64,000 nucleotides of DNA from an uncultured delta proteobacterium (GTDB lineage Bacteria; Myxococcota_A; Polyangia; Polyangiales; Polyangiaceae), in assembly GCA_963716725.1 (NCBI GenBank), contig CAVQUB010000020.1, forward strand, positions 32,001 to 96,000, given 5' to 3'. Positions 39,835 through 52,000 of the stretch are shown piece after piece. The translations under genes were made by a program, and so were the position numbers. Positions within the stretch are counted from its first letter, which is position 1, and each line of letters begins with the position of its first letter. Below the pieces are notes generated by a model. That model had not been told where the DNA came from. It was given only the letters and a program-made list of their open reading frames with translations, and did no database searches.

Positions 39835-41526
39835 CTACTTGATCGGCGGCGGCGGCGGCGCGATGAGCGTCAGGTTCAGCCCACCGGGATACTGATAGCT
39901 GGTGTAGCTGCCGTAGCCGACGACCTGGATACCCACCGGCTTGTCGCTGATGAGCAAGTGGGCGCCGCCCAGGCCCGACGACAGCTGGGCGCGCAAGATC
40001 GAGTAGCCGTTGCCGATGGGCGTCGCGCCGCCCACGGCGGACCCGTCGATGACGACGTTGGCGCCATCGGGCATCACGACGTCCACGTACGAGACGTCGT
40101 AGTCGTCTGGCGCGAGGAACACGTACTTGGTGCGGAACTGCTCCACCGCGGTGGCCAAGCTCTGCGCAGGGTCGCCCTTCTGGTTGGGCGCGGGTGTTCC
40201 GGGGTCGACCATGGCCGCACCCAACTGGAACATGCCCACCGCGAACTCGTGATCGCCCACGACCTCGAAGGCCTGCTGCGTGACTCCCAGGTCGACCACC
40301 TGTCCGGCGCCGATGGTGGATGGCGCCTTGGCGGGCTGGCCCCCCGGGTACGTCAGCTGCGTGTTGTCCACGTTGCCGTAGATGCGCACGACGTGACCGG
40401 GCGCGTTGCCCTTGGGTCCCGTCGGCGGCACGACGAAGTAGTGCTTGCCGAGGGTCTCGGCGGGGAACACGCTCTCTTCGATATGGTCGCAGGCCTGGGT
40501 GCCGACGGGCGACTGGACACAGGGGATGCCGTGGATGATCTGGATGGGATTGTTGGCCTGGACCAGCGTTCCCGAGAGATCGCCGGTGGCCGCGCCGAGG
40601 AGCTGCACGACCTCGCCGCGGTTCACGTTCAGTTTCAACACCGAGCCAGGACCGGTCTGCGCGACGCCGCCGCCGGCGATGATGGTACCCCCGAGTCCGG
40701 TCAGCACCGTGACCTCGGTGTTGTCCGCCGTGCCGGTGACCGCGAAGTACGGGCCCATGTTCAAGCCGGCTGTCGCCCAGCCTTTTTGACCGGTGATGCG
40801 ATAGTTCCCGGTGAGCGCGCTGGTGGGCAGGAGTAGCGACGCGTCGTTGGAGAACGAGAAGCAGCCAATGCCGCTGGTATTACCGGGACACGACGCCCAG
40901 CTCTTCCCGGGCGGGCCGCCCTGGCCTTTGTACTCGAGCGCGTTGAACTGGTAGACCGTCACCGGAATGGTGCTGGTCAGGTGGTAAGCGCCGCCCGGCG
41001 CGCGGATGGTCTGACTGACCGGAGTCGCCGCACCCGTCGGGCTGGCATCCGGGCCCTTCAGCTCGGGCACCCAGGGCAGGTAGAACTTCTCGAGCCCGTT
41101 GGGCTGGACCACCCCCGTCGCGATCTGTGAGCCGTTGCGTTCGATGATCACGTTCGCGGGCAGGTCGCCCGCGTTGGCGACCACAACCGCGAAGTCGAAG
41201 ACGGACCACACGTTGTTGGCCACGACCGTCGGCCAGAAGTCGCAGCCGATGTACGTCTTGGCCTGACCCGCCTGCTCGCAGGTCTTCGGATCACCGACGA
41301 AGCCGCCGCCGGTGCCGCCAGCGCCACCGCCGCCGACGTTGAGGCCGCCGGAGCCGCCCACGTTGAGGCCACCACTGCCACCGCTGCCGCCACCGCCGCC
41401 CCCGAAGCCCGCGCCGTTCCCCGATCCCGCCGTGCCGCCGCCACCGCCAGCGCTCGAACAGGCCGACATCGCCAACAGCGAACCAAGGACCGCCGAAACG
41501 GTCCCACCCCAAAGCTTAGGCTGCAT
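39835..41526 (-). CDS. IgGFc-binding-domain lipoprotein
   Basis: MSAC lipobox, Gly linker, GCDFW, SNDASLLLP, CDHIEE, SYQYPGG. Confidence 0.82.
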   Translation of the reverse strand: MQPKLWGGTVSAVLGSLLAMSACSSAGGGGGTAGSGNGAGFGGGGGGSGGSGGLNVGGSGGLNVGGGGAGGTGGGFVGDPKTCEQAGQAKTYIGCDFWPTVVANNVWSVFDFAVVVANAGDLPANVIIERNGSQIATGVVQPNGLEKFYLPWVPELKGPDASPTGAATPVSQTIRAPGGAYHLTSTIPVTVYQFNALEYKGQGGPPGKSWASCPGNTSGIGCFSFSNDASLLLPTSALTGNYRITGQKGWATAGLNMGPYFAVTGTADNTEVTVLTGLGGTIIAGGGVAQTGPGSVLKLNVNRGEVVQLLGAATGDLSGTLVQANNPIQIIHGIPCVQSPVGTQACDHIEESVFPAETLGKHYFVVPPTGPKGNAPGHVVRIYGNVDNTQLTYPGGQPAKAPSTIGAGQVVDLGVTQQAFEVVGDHEFAVGMFQLGAAMVDPGTPAPNQKGDPAQSLATAVEQFRTKYVFLAPDDYDVSYVDVVMPDGANVVIDGSAVGGATPIGNGYSILRAQLSSGLGGAHLLISDKPVGIQVVGYGSYTSYQYPGGLNLTLIAPPPPPIK

Positions 41527-41629
41527 CCGGGGATTATGAACGAGCCGGCGAGCCAGGTCCAAGCCTCGGCGACGCCCCCCGGGGAAATCGTGGCGGAACC
41601 CGCCCTCACCCTGGCGGCTTCCGCCTACC

Positions 41630-42385
41630 TCAGTCCGCCGCGGGCGGAACTTCGACCTCGGCTGGAGCGCCCGGGTTCGGCACCTGGCGAGCGCTGGTCC
41701 CCGCGTCGTCCTTGAACACGCGACCGTCCACCATGCGCACGACGCGGGGCATGCTCTCGGCAAATCCCGAGTTGTGAGTCACGACCACGATGGTGGTGCC
41801 GTGCTCCTGGTTGATCTGGAAGAAGAGGTCGTGGATCGACCCGCTGGTGGTGCTGTCGAGGTTGCCGGTGGGCTCGTCGGCCAAGAGCAGCTTGGGACCG
41901 AGCACCAGCGCGCGGGCGATGGCGACCCGCTGCTGTTCACCGCCCGACAGCTCGCCGGGACGGTGCGTCGCGCGCGCCGAGAGGCCGACCTCGTCGAGGA
42001 GCGCGGCGGCCTTCTTTTCCATCTCCTTCTTGCTGCGACCCTGGATCAACCCCGGGAGCATCAAGTTCTCGAGGGCGTTGAACTCGGGCAAAAGGTGGTG
42101 GAACTGAAACACGAAGCCGATCTCGCGGTTGCGAACCGCGGCCAGCCGGGTGCCGCTCATGGTGGTCAGCTCCTCACCCGCCAGACGGATGCGCCCACTG
42201 GTGGGCAGATCGAGGGTGCCCATGCAGTGCAGCAGGGTGCTCTTGCCGGCGCCCGAAGCTCCGACGATGGCCATGATCTCGCCGGCGTTGATGTTCAGAT
42301 CGATGCCCTTGAGCACATGAAGCGTCCGCCCCATGTGCTCGAAGCTCTTCTCGAGGCTCTCGATGATGACCAGCGGCTCTGCCAT
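41630..42385 (-). CDS. lolD: Lipoprotein-releasing ABC ATPase
   Basis: GASGAGKS, QFHHLLPEF, LSGGEQQR, DEPTGNLD. Confidence 0.92.
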   Translation of the reverse strand: MAEPLVIIESLEKSFEHMGRTLHVLKGIDLNINAGEIMAIVGASGAGKSTLLHCMGTLDLPTSGRIRLAGEELTTMSGTRLAAVRNREIGFVFQFHHLLPEFNALENLMLPGLIQGRSKKEMEKKAAALLDEVGLSARATHRPGELSGGEQQRVAIARALVLGPKLLLADEPTGNLDSTTSGSIHDLFFQINQEHGTTIVVVTHNSGFAESMPRVVRMVDGRVFKDDAGTSARQVPNPGAPAEVEVPPAAD

Positions 42386-42393
42386 GACGTCCT

Positions 42394-44138
42394 TCACTCG
42401 TAGCGGATGCCATCGACGGGCCGGAGACGGCTCGCGGCGATGGCCGGGTAGATGGTGGCGATGGTGGTGATGACCATCGCCGAGAGCGCGACCAGAGTGT
42501 AGTCGACTGGGTCCACGGAGATGGGCAGGCGATCGACGTAGTACACGTCCGGATCGAGGCGCACGCCGAACCACAGGAGCCCCAACACGGTGCACAGGCC
42601 CGTGACGACCCCGAACACGGTGCCGATGCCCCCGATGATGACGCCCTCGGCCATGAAGATGCGCAAGATGGCGCGATCGCTGGCGCCCAAGGCCTTCATG
42701 ATCGCGATCTCTTTGCTCTTCTCGGTGACCATCAAGAGCAGCGTGCAGATGATGCAAAAGCTCGCCACCGCGATGGCGATGCTCAGGATGATGAAGGTCG
42801 CGATCTTTTCCAGCTTCAGCGCCGAGAACAGGTTCTTGTTCAGCTCTTTCCAATCGCGGATCTTCATGTCCTCGCGAGCCAGCGCCGTCGCGTGCCGCTT
42901 CACCAGCGCCTCCAACTCGGGACGCACGGCGCCGACCAACTCGGCGTCGTCGAGCTTCACCTCGACGGCGGTAGTCTTGCCCCGGAGATCGAGGAACTCC
43001 TGGGCGTCGTCGCGCTTCATGTAGAGGTGGCTGGAGTCGTACTCGTACATGCCGCTGTAAAAGATGGCGGCCACGCGGAACTTTCGGCTGCGCGGCAAGA
43101 CTCCCATCGGCCCGAGATCACCGAGGGGAGCCACCAGCGTGACCTCGTCGCCCACGTAGACGTGCAGGGTCTTGGCCAGCTCGCGACCGACGACGATGCC
43201 GGGATACACGGGCTCGGTGGCGGCGCTCACGTCGTCGTCGAGGTCCCGCTTCAGCCACGACTTGACCCGCGGTCCCTTCAGGAAGATCTCACCCCCGGTA
43301 GAGATACCAATCACCTCGTCCGCAGGCAGATCCGCCAGCTTTGCCGGCTCGTCGAGGTACTCGAACTTGCCCACCTCGATGTTCTGCACGAGATCGATCA
43401 CCGATCCGATGCTGGTGGTCTCGATGCCGCGCACGATGGTGCCCGCGGTGTTCGAACTCGACGAGGCCATGGCTTCACCCGCGGTCACGGGCGTGGCCGC
43501 CTTGACGCCCTTGAGCAGGCGCAGGTCCGTCAGCAGATCGTCGACGCCCTCGAAGCCGCCGTGGGCGCCGGCCTCGATCTTCATGTGGGCGTTGTTGCCG
43601 AGGATCTTGCGCTTCAGATCGGCGCCGAAGCCGCCCATGATGCTGACCACGGCGCAGAGCGCGAAGGCGCTGACGGCGACGCCGGCAATGCTCAGCCCCG
43701 AGATGACGGTCAGAAACCCGCTCTTGCTCGCGCGCACGTGGCGCACGGCGATGAAAGGCACGAAGCCGCGACCTTCCACCCGGTCGAGCAGGCGCGGCAG
43801 CGCCAGGGTCATGAAACCCACCATGAACCCGGTTCCCGACAGCGCGGCCCCGACCCGCACGACTTGGTGCCAGAAGACGAAGAAGCTGCCGCGGTGTTCG
43901 GGCAAGGTCGCGGCCCAGCCGCCGAGCACGAGCACGCCCACCAGACACACACCGGTCAAGACGTAGAGCAGGCTGCGTCGTCCCCGCTGTCCCAGGCGGC
44001 GGACCGCCTTCCAGATCAGGACACCGACCACGACCGCGACAAGAGCGACGACGGCGACCCGACCGTAGAAGCCGAGCATCACCCACAGCTTCGCCATCAG
44101 CGAGAGCTGCTCGGGTTTGGGAGAAGGCGGCGCAAACA

Positions 44139-44142
<4 letters not shown>
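42394..44142 (-). CDS. lolC: Lipoprotein-releasing permease LolC/E with extra N-terminal TMs
   Basis: VVSIMGGF, GMYEYD, DWKELNKNLFSAL, EKSKEIAIMKALGA. Confidence 0.88.
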
Positions 44143-45857
<1,715 letters not shown>

Positions 45858-45945
45858 GGGGCCCGGCCGTCTAGCGCGGGCCGGCGTGGGCGTCCACCGG
45901 CTGGGCGGGGCGTAGCGGAATCGACGAGTGGGCGACCGAGAGCGG

Positions 45946-46353
45946 TCAGAGTCGCGATCGGATGGCACTCGCGAACCCGAGCAGATCCACCAGGTGGTGC
46001 TCGACGACGTCTCGAACGACCTCTGGATCCACCGCGGAGTAGCCGTGCACGACCACGTTTCGGAACCCCGCCGCGCGCCTCATCGCAGCCGCGAGGTCTC
46101 GGGTCAGCCAGCCGGCGTCCGCGAGCAGGTCAAAAAGCGCTTGGTGGGTGCGCGGCTCGCCCAGGCGCGAATCCGATACGATGTGAGAAGCGACGTCGAG
46201 GGCTGCTTGGATGGCGATTTGGAGCGTGTGCTCGACGAAGCGTCGCTCACGAACGTCGGATGCGATCTGGTCGGGACGCGCCAACCGCTCGAGCTCGGCA
46301 ACGTAGGTCTCGATCAGGGCGAGCTTCTTCGCGACCAACTCCGCGTCCGTCAT
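45946..46353 (-). CDS. hepT: HepT/DUF86 HEPN ribonuclease toxin
   Basis: RNVVVHGY (RX4HXY). Confidence 0.88.
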   Translation of the reverse strand: MTDAELVAKKLALIETYVAELERLARPDQIASDVRERRFVEHTLQIAIQAALDVASHIVSDSRLGEPRTHQALFDLLADAGWLTRDLAAAMRRAAGFRNVVVHGYSAVDPEVVRDVVEHHLVDLLGFASAIRSRL

Positions 46354-46847
46354 CGCTCCCTCGGGAGGCGGCGATACTCAGCGAGAACGGGCGCGAGGTC
46401 GAGGTATCGCGCACGCAACCGAGTCTCGACGGCGACGCGACGCGAGCGATCGGCTTCATGAACGAGGATACCGTCCCGCAAGACGCGGTGCCCAAGGTCC
46501 ACCGGCGCACCTTCGAGATCGATGACCTCGACCCTGCGATCGAGCAACCGTTCCAGCTCGCCGGCGAGCTCGGCATGGAGTCGCTGCGCCGGTCGCTCCA
46601 CGGGTTGGCTCCGAATCAGCGCCAAGTCCAGATCGCTGTCGTCTCGAAACGAGGCGCGGGCCACGCTGCCGAAGAGGTACACGGCGGAATAGTCGCCGGA
46701 GCATTGCCGGAAGAAAGCCCGGAGCTTTTCCACCAGGGCGTCGCGCTCCGCGGCCCTCCGGGGGTCGAGAGACGATTGGGCTGCCGGCTCCACTCCCCGA
46801 GCATAGCGCCCATCCGACCCTGGCGCGAAGCAACCAGAGGCGCTCAA
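46350..46847 (-). CDS. mntA: MntA minimal nucleotidyltransferase antitoxin (alternative GTG start at 46793)
   Basis: LFGSVARASFRDDSDLDL (GSX10DXD); ATGA overlap with hepT. Confidence 0.85.
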   Translation of the reverse strand: MSASGCFAPGSDGRYARGVEPAAQSSLDPRRAAERDALVEKLRAFFRQCSGDYSAVYLFGSVARASFRDDSDLDLALIRSQPVERPAQRLHAELAGELERLLDRRVEVIDLEGAPVDLGHRVLRDGILVHEADRSRRVAVETRLRARYLDLAPVLAEYRRLPRER

Positions 46848-47059
46848 CCCAGCGCAGCGATGACTTCTGCGTGCTCGGGAAAGCGGCCCGCCGCGGACTT
46901 GGAGAACACGACTCGGCCATCAGCGACCACGTCGAACTGCCCCACCTTGCCCGAGACGAGCGTCACGGTGTGACCCGTGGCCGCCTGGATGTCGGCCGCG
47001 AGACTCGCAGCCCGAGGCTTGTAGTTTCAGACGCGGCAGTAGTGAATTGCGATCTGCAT
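46844..47059 (-). CDS. SelW/Rdx-family selenoprotein, 71 aa, Sec UGA at 47027-47029
   Basis: Manual translation MQIAIHYCRVUNYKPRAASLAADIQAATGHTVTLVSGKVGQFDVVADGRVVFSKSAAGRFPEHAEVIAALG; CxxU plus GxFxV...FSK...RFP. Confidence 0.88.
46994..47013 (-). promoter_or_regulatory. Putative bacterial SECIS hairpin
   Basis: GGCUGCG-AGUCU-CGCGGCC stem-loop; the loop starts about 21 nt after the UGA and contains GU. Confidence 0.65.
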
Positions 47060-47065
47060 GACGCC

Positions 47066-48188
47066 TCAGGACTTGGGGCTCTTGTCCGCGTTCTGCAAGA
47101 GGTAGGCCTCGATGAAGTCGTCGATCTCTCCGTCGAGCACGCGCTGGACGTCGCCGGTTTCGTGATCGGTGCGCAGGTCTTTGACCAGCTGATAGGGCTG
47201 CAGCACGTAGGATCGGATCTGGTTGCCCCACGCGATGTCGGTCTTGGAGGCTTCGTAGTCAGCCTGGACCTGCTCGCGCCGCGCGAGCTCCATCTCGTAC
47301 AGCTTCGCCTTCAGCATCTTGAGCGCCATGGCGCGGTTCTGATGCTGGCTACGCTCGGCACGGCAGACGATCACGATGCCGCTGGGCAAGTGCTTCATGC
47401 GCACCGCCGTCTCGACCTTGTTCACGTTCTGCCCGCCCTTGCCGCCGGCGCGCATGGTCGTGATCTCGAGATCGGTGTCCTTGACCTCGATGTTGATTTC
47501 GTCCTCGATGTCGGGCGTGACCTCGACGGCGGCGAAGCTCGTCTGCCGACGCGCGTTGGCGTCGAAGGGGCTGATGCGCACCAACCGGTGCACCCCGACC
47601 TCCGCGCGCAAGTAGCCATACGCGTTCGGGCCACTGACCGTGAACGATGCGCCGTCGATGCCCGCGTCGTCACCGACCTGATAGTCGACGATCTCGGTCT
47701 TGAAGCCGCGTCGCTCGCACCAGCGGAGGTACAGGCGCAAGAGCATCTCCGCCCAGTCCTTGGCGTCTGTCCCGCCCGTGCCCGGATGAATGCTGATGAT
47801 GGCGTTGGCGTGGTCGGCCGGACCGCTCAGCATGCGCTGAAGCTCCGCCTTGCGCACGCGAAGGCCGAGCACCCGGCCTTGCTCCGCCGCGTCTGAAAGC
47901 GCGCTCTCGTCGTCCTCGGCCGCGCACAGCTCGAGGAACTCCGCGCCGTCGTTCACGTCCTTCGACAGGGCTTCGATGCCGATCAGCTTCTCGCTCGCGA
48001 GGGACCGCTTGCGCAGCAGCGCTTGGGCTTTCGCCTGATCGTTCCAAAAGTCCGGAGCTGCGGACAGCGTGTCGAGCTCTTCGATTTCCCGCGTCAGTGC
48101 CGGGACGTCAAAGAGACCCCCTTAGCGCATCGACACGCCTTTGGAGGTCCTCGAGAACGGAGCGAACTTCTGCAACCACGATAGCCAT
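47066..48188 (-). CDS. prfB: Peptide chain release factor 2 with programmed +1 frameshift
   Basis: 26-codon ORF ending AGGGGG-TCT-CTT-TGA-C at 48107-48122; the +1 frame has SPF and GGQ motifs. Confidence 0.96.
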
Positions 48189-48201
48189 GGCAAGCGGAGG
48201 T

Positions 48202-48999
48202 CTACTCCGAGCGGCGCCTCCGGGAAAGGGCGTTTTTTCGCAGCGCCGGCGCCCGCGGCGAGAACCAGCCCCCGGTCATGACGTCGAGGCGGACTTCGGC
48301 CTCGATCACCCGCAGCTCGGCCAACTCGCGCTCTTCGGGGGGAGCGTCGGGGGCAGCCGCGTCGACGACCGCGCGCTGCCACGCAAACAAGGCTCGGAGC
48401 ACGTCCTCGACCAACCGCGCGTCTTGCTGCGCCCGAAGCCGCCGGAGGTGCTCGACCTGTAGCTCTTCATCGGCAAATACGGCCCGGTCGAGGTTCCACG
48501 TGGCCTGGGCCTCGAGCGCCAAGCTCACGCCGCCGGCCTGCGTGTAGCGATAGGGATCGCTGGAGGTCGGCGTCAGCCGCAGCGACTCGTCGGTGGTCCG
48601 GGTAGCGCGGAGTCGAAGCACGGGCAACGCCGCCGACGCGCGCGCGCGGCTCGCCAGGCTGCCGTAGCGGGACTCGGTCCGGGCCCGACTGCCTGCGCGC
48701 AGGGCCGCGCGAATGGTCGCGTGGGCCAACCCGGGGGTGACCAGCAGCGACGAGGTGCGCGGCGACGGCGCAGCTCTCGGCGCAGCAGCCGACTCGGTCA
48801 GCTTCAGCGCGCCACGCGGCGCCAGAGCGCGGTCCAATGGCACGCCAAGCGACAGCATCGCTACTAGCTCGCGTGCGCCGTCCGCGCGGGCCACGTAACC
48901 TCCCCTGAGCGCGAGCTCGAGCGAGCTGGTGGACGCACTCGCGTCCACCGCGTGGAGGCCAGCACTGAGAGTCAACGCGAGCACACGCACCTTCGTCAT
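48202..48999 (-). CDS. Hypothetical exported protein
   Basis: Start MTKVRVLAL signal-like; helical C-terminus ...LDVMTGGWF. Confidence 0.55.
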   Translation of the reverse strand: MTKVRVLALTLSAGLHAVDASASTSSLELALRGGYVARADGARELVAMLSLGVPLDRALAPRGALKLTESAAAPRAAPSPRTSSLLVTPGLAHATIRAALRAGSRARTESRYGSLASRARASAALPVLRLRATRTTDESLRLTPTSSDPYRYTQAGGVSLALEAQATWNLDRAVFADEELQVEHLRRLRAQQDARLVEDVLRALFAWQRAVVDAAAPDAPPEERELAELRVIEAEVRLDVMTGGWFSPRAPALRKNALSRRRRSE

Positions 49000-49169
49000 G
49001 CGAGCTGCTCGGGCACGACGAGAGCGTGGTTGCGTGATTGGTCGCTGGAGTTGGAAACTGGCGGATTGGCGGGCGCGCTTCCTGGGTGACGCTCGGCGGT
49101 TGCCGTGATGGGGCGAGCCTGGGTGGGCTCTGGGTCGATCAGGCCAGCGAGCCGTCACGATCGTACGGG

Positions 49170-51866
49170 TCAGTCGCTCGCCTCGATTCGGACCTGCGTG
49201 CCCGCATCGAGCAAGTAGCCGTCGTCGCGCGTGACCAATGCTGCGCCGAGCCCCATCGACCGCAGGCGCGATACCGCGGCGTAGACCCGATTGCAGGCGA
49301 GCTCGTACTCGGTGCGCTGGCCCGGCCAGCCCACCTCGAAAAGCTCGAGGACCGAGAGCGCAACCCCCGGCTTCGAAACACGATCTGCGAGCATCCGGGC
49401 CGCGATCTTGCGCAAGGCTCCTCGTCGCCCGAGCGTGACGCGCTCCGCGCCCGGCTTGGCGAACCAACTCGCGTCCGGCGCGAACGCGATGCCAGGGCGC
49501 TCCCCATCCGCAGCGACGGGCTGCGGTGGTCCCGAGCGCTTCGAGTCCTGGCCTTCGGCCCCTCGCGCCAAGACCTGAAGCGCAAAGCGCGCGTGTGAGT
49601 CGAGACCTGAGCACTCTTCGAGGTTCCTCAGGTCTTCGGTGAGCTCGCTTGGCCTCACTTGCCCTGCCGCGCGAGCACGCGACAGGTCGATCTGAGCGTT
49701 GGCGATTCGGAGCAAGGTGAAGAAGCGTGCGCCCGCAGGCTGGAGCGCGCGCTCGGCCGCCATCAGCTCACGCACGGACTCGTCGACATGACCGAGACTC
49801 GCGAGGGCCATGGCGGAGCGCAGCCGAACCAGACCTCCGACTAGTACGTCACCGACCTCATCGAGAAGAATCAGCGCGTCGGTGTAGCGGCGCGTCGCGA
49901 GAGCAACGTCGCCTCGCAGAAACTCGACGTTGCCGAGTTGAGCCACCAACCACGCCTCGAGATGAGTGTCACCGATGGCACGCAACTGGTCGATCGCGTC
50001 CCGGCTGCGCGACTCGGCGGCAGTCAGGTCTCCGTCCTCGAGGTCGATCGCGCCGAGCTGACCCGAGAAGTGGGCCGCATAGCGGCGCTCCCCGTTTTCG
50101 ACGAGAACCCCGATGGCGCGTTCGAGAAGGTTCCTGGACTCGACCAGGTTCCCCAGCTCGTGGTGTCTCACTCCCATTTGACCAAGCAAAATCGCCGCTT
50201 CGCGCGGGTCTTTGCTGCCGCGAAGCAAGCCGAGCGCTGCTTCATACTCTGCGAGCGCATCCTCTGCTCGATTGTCGCGCGCGAGGCGATAGGCGCGCGT
50301 GCGGTGAAAGAATGCTCGAACTCTCGGAGCATTCGTTCCGTCCAGCGCTAGTCGGGCGCGTGCCAAGGCATCGTCGCCCAGATCGTAGCGCGCCCGTGCG
50401 ATGTGTGAGGCTGCAAGAAGCGACAGCGCGAAGGCTTCGACTGACGCCTCCTTCGCACATACCGCACTAGAGACTGCGCGCTCGTAGGCGTCCTGAGCCG
50501 CGGCGTGCGCGCCCTGCGCAACGTGGACCAACCCTCTGGCCACGTGCAGTCGGGCGAGCGACGACGGAGCGAGGGACTCGAAACGCTCTTGAGACAGCAT
50601 TGCGTCGAGCAGGCCGGCGTATCCATCGGCGGGACCTTTCGTCAAGAACACCGGCTCGAGCGCCAGCGCAATTGACGCGGCCATGCTCATCGCCTCGGTG
50701 TCCTCGCCCTGCTGTGCCAGCGCCCAGGCGTGGGCGCGCAACAGATTGTCGAACTCGGCCCCGGCTTGCTCCGCGACCTGCAGCGCGGCGCCTTCCTCGG
50801 CGAGCTGGGCCCAGCTTGCGCCGAGCTCCGCAAAGTACGCCGCGTGGGCCCGCTCGGCGCTTGAACGCAGGGGGTCATCGAGCTTGTCGGATGCGTATTC
50901 GCGAACGGCCGCATAGAGACGGTATCGCAGCCGACCGCTGCCGATCTCGTCGGCTCGGACCAGGGATTTGTCCACGAGCCGCGCCAGCGCTTCCACTCCA
51001 CCAGTCGGGTCCGTCGAGATCGCGGTCTGCGCGAGCAATCGCTCGGCTGCTTCCAGCTCGAACCCCCCGGTGAACACGGAGAAGCAGGCAAGCGCCGCGC
51101 GATCCGCGGGAGCGAGCAGCTCCCAGGAGCGCTCGATTGCGGTTCGAAGCGCGCCCGCTGACAACGCTTCGGGCCTCTGCCGCGACATCGACAGCAGCTG
51201 AGAGGGGCCGAGCGTCGCGCCGCGCGCCGCGCAGAGCTCGATCGCGAGCGGATTGCCGTCCAGGTTGCGGACCAATTCGGCGACAATCGGCGCCGTTGCG
51301 TCGGTCAACGCGAAGTCGGAGCGGACGCGTCGAGTTCGGTCTTCGAACAGTTGTACGGCCGGGCTCGCTGCGATCTCCACCATCGTTGCCATGGTCCCAG
51401 GTACGACCAGACCATCGACCAGCACCACGTGCTCGTCGGCCAGGCGCAGCCGTTCACGTGATGTGGTCAAGAAGCGCAGCTCCGGAGCTCGGTGCATCCA
51501 ACTGACGAGAGTTGGAGTCGCGAGCTCGAACAACGGGTCGATGTTGTCGAGCAGAAGCAAAATCGCACCGCGCTGGTCGAGCACACGTCCGAGCACCCGG
51601 CTGCTGGCGTCGCCCACCGTCGTACTGCCGAGCGGGGCATCGAGCGCCTGGGCCACGGCGCGCCAGAGGTCGCTCGGCGTCCGCGCCGAGGCGAGATCGC
51701 AGGCCGCGGTGACCGATGCCTGCCCACTCGCGGCGAAGCTCGCCGCCAACCGCGACTTGCCGACCCCCGCGCTACCGCTCAGGGTGACAAAACGCGCGCT
51801 TTCGGCGAACAAACGCGCCAGCTTGGCGAGGCTTTCGTCTCTTCCAAAGAGCCCGACCGGTGGCAT
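49170..51866 (-). CDS. STAND-type ATPase-TPR regulator with C-terminal winged-helix-like domain
   Basis: GSAGVGKS, LLDN, TSRERL, LDGNPLAIELCA; C-terminal LFEVGWPG...NRVYAAVSRLR...DGYLL. Confidence 0.85.
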   Translation of the reverse strand: MPPVGLFGRDESLAKLARLFAESARFVTLSGSAGVGKSRLAASFAASGQASVTAACDLASARTPSDLWRAVAQALDAPLGSTTVGDASSRVLGRVLDQRGAILLLLDNIDPLFELATPTLVSWMHRAPELRFLTTSRERLRLADEHVVLVDGLVVPGTMATMVEIAASPAVQLFEDRTRRVRSDFALTDATAPIVAELVRNLDGNPLAIELCAARGATLGPSQLLSMSRQRPEALSAGALRTAIERSWELLAPADRAALACFSVFTGGFELEAAERLLAQTAISTDPTGGVEALARLVDKSLVRADEIGSGRLRYRLYAAVREYASDKLDDPLRSSAERAHAAYFAELGASWAQLAEEGAALQVAEQAGAEFDNLLRAHAWALAQQGEDTEAMSMAASIALALEPVFLTKGPADGYAGLLDAMLSQERFESLAPSSLARLHVARGLVHVAQGAHAAAQDAYERAVSSAVCAKEASVEAFALSLLAASHIARARYDLGDDALARARLALDGTNAPRVRAFFHRTRAYRLARDNRAEDALAEYEAALGLLRGSKDPREAAILLGQMGVRHHELGNLVESRNLLERAIGVLVENGERRYAAHFSGQLGAIDLEDGDLTAAESRSRDAIDQLRAIGDTHLEAWLVAQLGNVEFLRGDVALATRRYTDALILLDEVGDVLVGGLVRLRSAMALASLGHVDESVRELMAAERALQPAGARFFTLLRIANAQIDLSRARAAGQVRPSELTEDLRNLEECSGLDSHARFALQVLARGAEGQDSKRSGPPQPVAADGERPGIAFAPDASWFAKPGAERVTLGRRGALRKIAARMLADRVSKPGVALSVLELFEVGWPGQRTEYELACNRVYAAVSRLRSMGLGAALVTRDDGYLLDAGTQVRIEASD

Positions 51867-51887
51867 CACCCGCCAAGAATACACCGC

Positions 51888-51917
51888 GTCAGGTTCTGTC
51901 AGGTTCTGTCAGGATCT
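51888..51917. promoter_or_regulatory. Three 10-bp direct repeats in a divergent promoter (candidate operator)
   Basis: GTCAGGTTCT-GTCAGGTTCT-GTCAGGATCT. Confidence 0.6.
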
Positions 51918-52000
51918 GGAAGGGAGTGAAGGTTGTCGGTCGGGACAGGCCGTCCTAAGGCCGCAGCTCGTTTCGCTACGGAAATGGGCCAGGGAAAGCC

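Noticed and set aside
46920..47231. 103-aa ORF from the track
   Set aside because: Overlaps prfB and the selenoprotein in another frame; the CxxU frame is far better supported.
48105..48125. prfB as a pseudogene or sequencing error
   Set aside because: Canonical programmed CTT-TGA-C +1 site with upstream SD-like sequence.
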